DNA of 24,000 nt from Desulfurococcaceae archaeon (lineage in GTDB: Archaea > Thermoproteota > Thermoprotei_A > Sulfolobales > NBVN01): contig JAJHQJ010000008.1 of NCBI GenBank assembly GCA_020833415.1, positions 15,991 to 39,990 on the forward strand, given 5' to 3'. The notes under the pieces are model-generated. The model was not told the DNA's origin, searched no databases, and was given only the letters and a program-made list of their open reading frames with translations. The translations under genes were made by a program, and so were the position numbers. Positions 23,787 through 24,000 of the stretch are shown one piece after another. Within the stretch, counting starts at the first letter, position 1; each line of letters starts with the position of its first letter.

Positions 23787-24000
23787 GCCCCGCTCAACGT
23801 CCTGCACCGACAACCCCATGGTCAGGTTCCTCAACGTGGTTAACAGAGGGGAGGACGAGGAGGTGGTAGTCATAGCTAATAGGGAGGACCTACCGGTCGG
23901 CGTACTCAGGATGATAGCCTCGAGAAGCGGCTACGAGGTTACCGAGGTTAGGGTTGAGGAGGGGGTTGTCCAGGCAAGGCTTAGGAGGGTTAAGCGGTAA
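23758..24000 (+). CDS. TusA/SirA-like small sulfur-carrier-fold protein (variant Cys loop)
   Basis: 80 aa. VLDLRPRSTSCTDNPMVRF...EEVVVIANREDLPVGVLRMIASRSGYEV follows the TusA pattern (LD.RG..CP.P...ge.l.v..dd......i......g..v), but with C-TDN-P instead of CPxP. The GTG start overlaps the iscU end by 29 nt. The stop TAA is the last codon of the window. Confidence 0.55.
   Translation: MGVVRVLDLRPRSTSCTDNPMVRFLNVVNRGEDEEVVVIANREDLPVGVLRMIASRSGYEVTEVRVEEGVVQARLRRVKR

Noticed and set aside
1-24000. Looked for CRISPR arrays, tRNA and rRNA genes, IS transposases, toxin-antitoxin pairs or known defence-system signatures
   Set aside because: I noticed no regularly spaced direct repeats and no T-loop-like GTTCRAATC motif on either strand. 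No ORF has nuclease/ATPase combinations typical of defence systems; the only SF2 helicase is a standard Fe-S XPD. This was an eye scan only, so short or degenerate elements could have been missed.

Overview
This 24-kb window reads like chromosomal DNA of a hyperthermophilic crenarchaeon, possibly Desulfurococcales/Pyrodictiaceae-like. That placement is inferred from the gene set (XPD helicase, NAC, a KH-less beta-CASP nuclease, HypA with an Mrp/MinD-type ATPase, a four-subunit 2-oxoacid:ferredoxin oxidoreductase) and from TTATAA-type TATA boxes about 24-27 nt upstream of many start codons, which implies mostly leaderless mRNAs. All protein calls rest on motif recognition in the supplied translations; no database search was possible. 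About 24 credible protein genes are present: MATE efflux, hypA plus Mrp/MinD-type partner, xpd, a flavin-reductase-like gene plus a membrane gene, membrane H+-pyrophosphatase, thiI with a rhodanese domain, a beta-CASP RNase, nac, an HTH regulator, a HypC-thioesterase fusion, a Trx-like/CcdA-like membrane pair, korDABG-type OFOR and iscS-iscU-tusA-like. I found no rRNA, tRNA, CRISPR array, transposase or recognisable defence system. Most of the window is ordinary housekeeping. The parts worth a second look are listed below. (1) A ~170-185 bp promoter-bearing repeat occurs in two inverted copies 7.7 kb apart with a 54/56-identical core. One copy sits inside a broken M24 peptidase gene and is flanked by an 8-bp direct repeat. 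(2) A ~2 kb gene-poor, low-GC island (about 7.1-9.5 kb) includes roughly 930 nt without a single CTAG, in a sequence where CTAG otherwise occurs about once per 40 nt. (3) One continuous ORF fuses HypC to a hotdog acyl-CoA thioesterase domain. (4) A canonical-looking C/D box sRNA has its D box ending on the xpd start codon, and there is a weaker second candidate. (5) Several GC-rich structured non-coding stretches remain unexplained. I cannot claim a clearly novel multi-gene system; the HypC fusion and the repeat element are the best leads.
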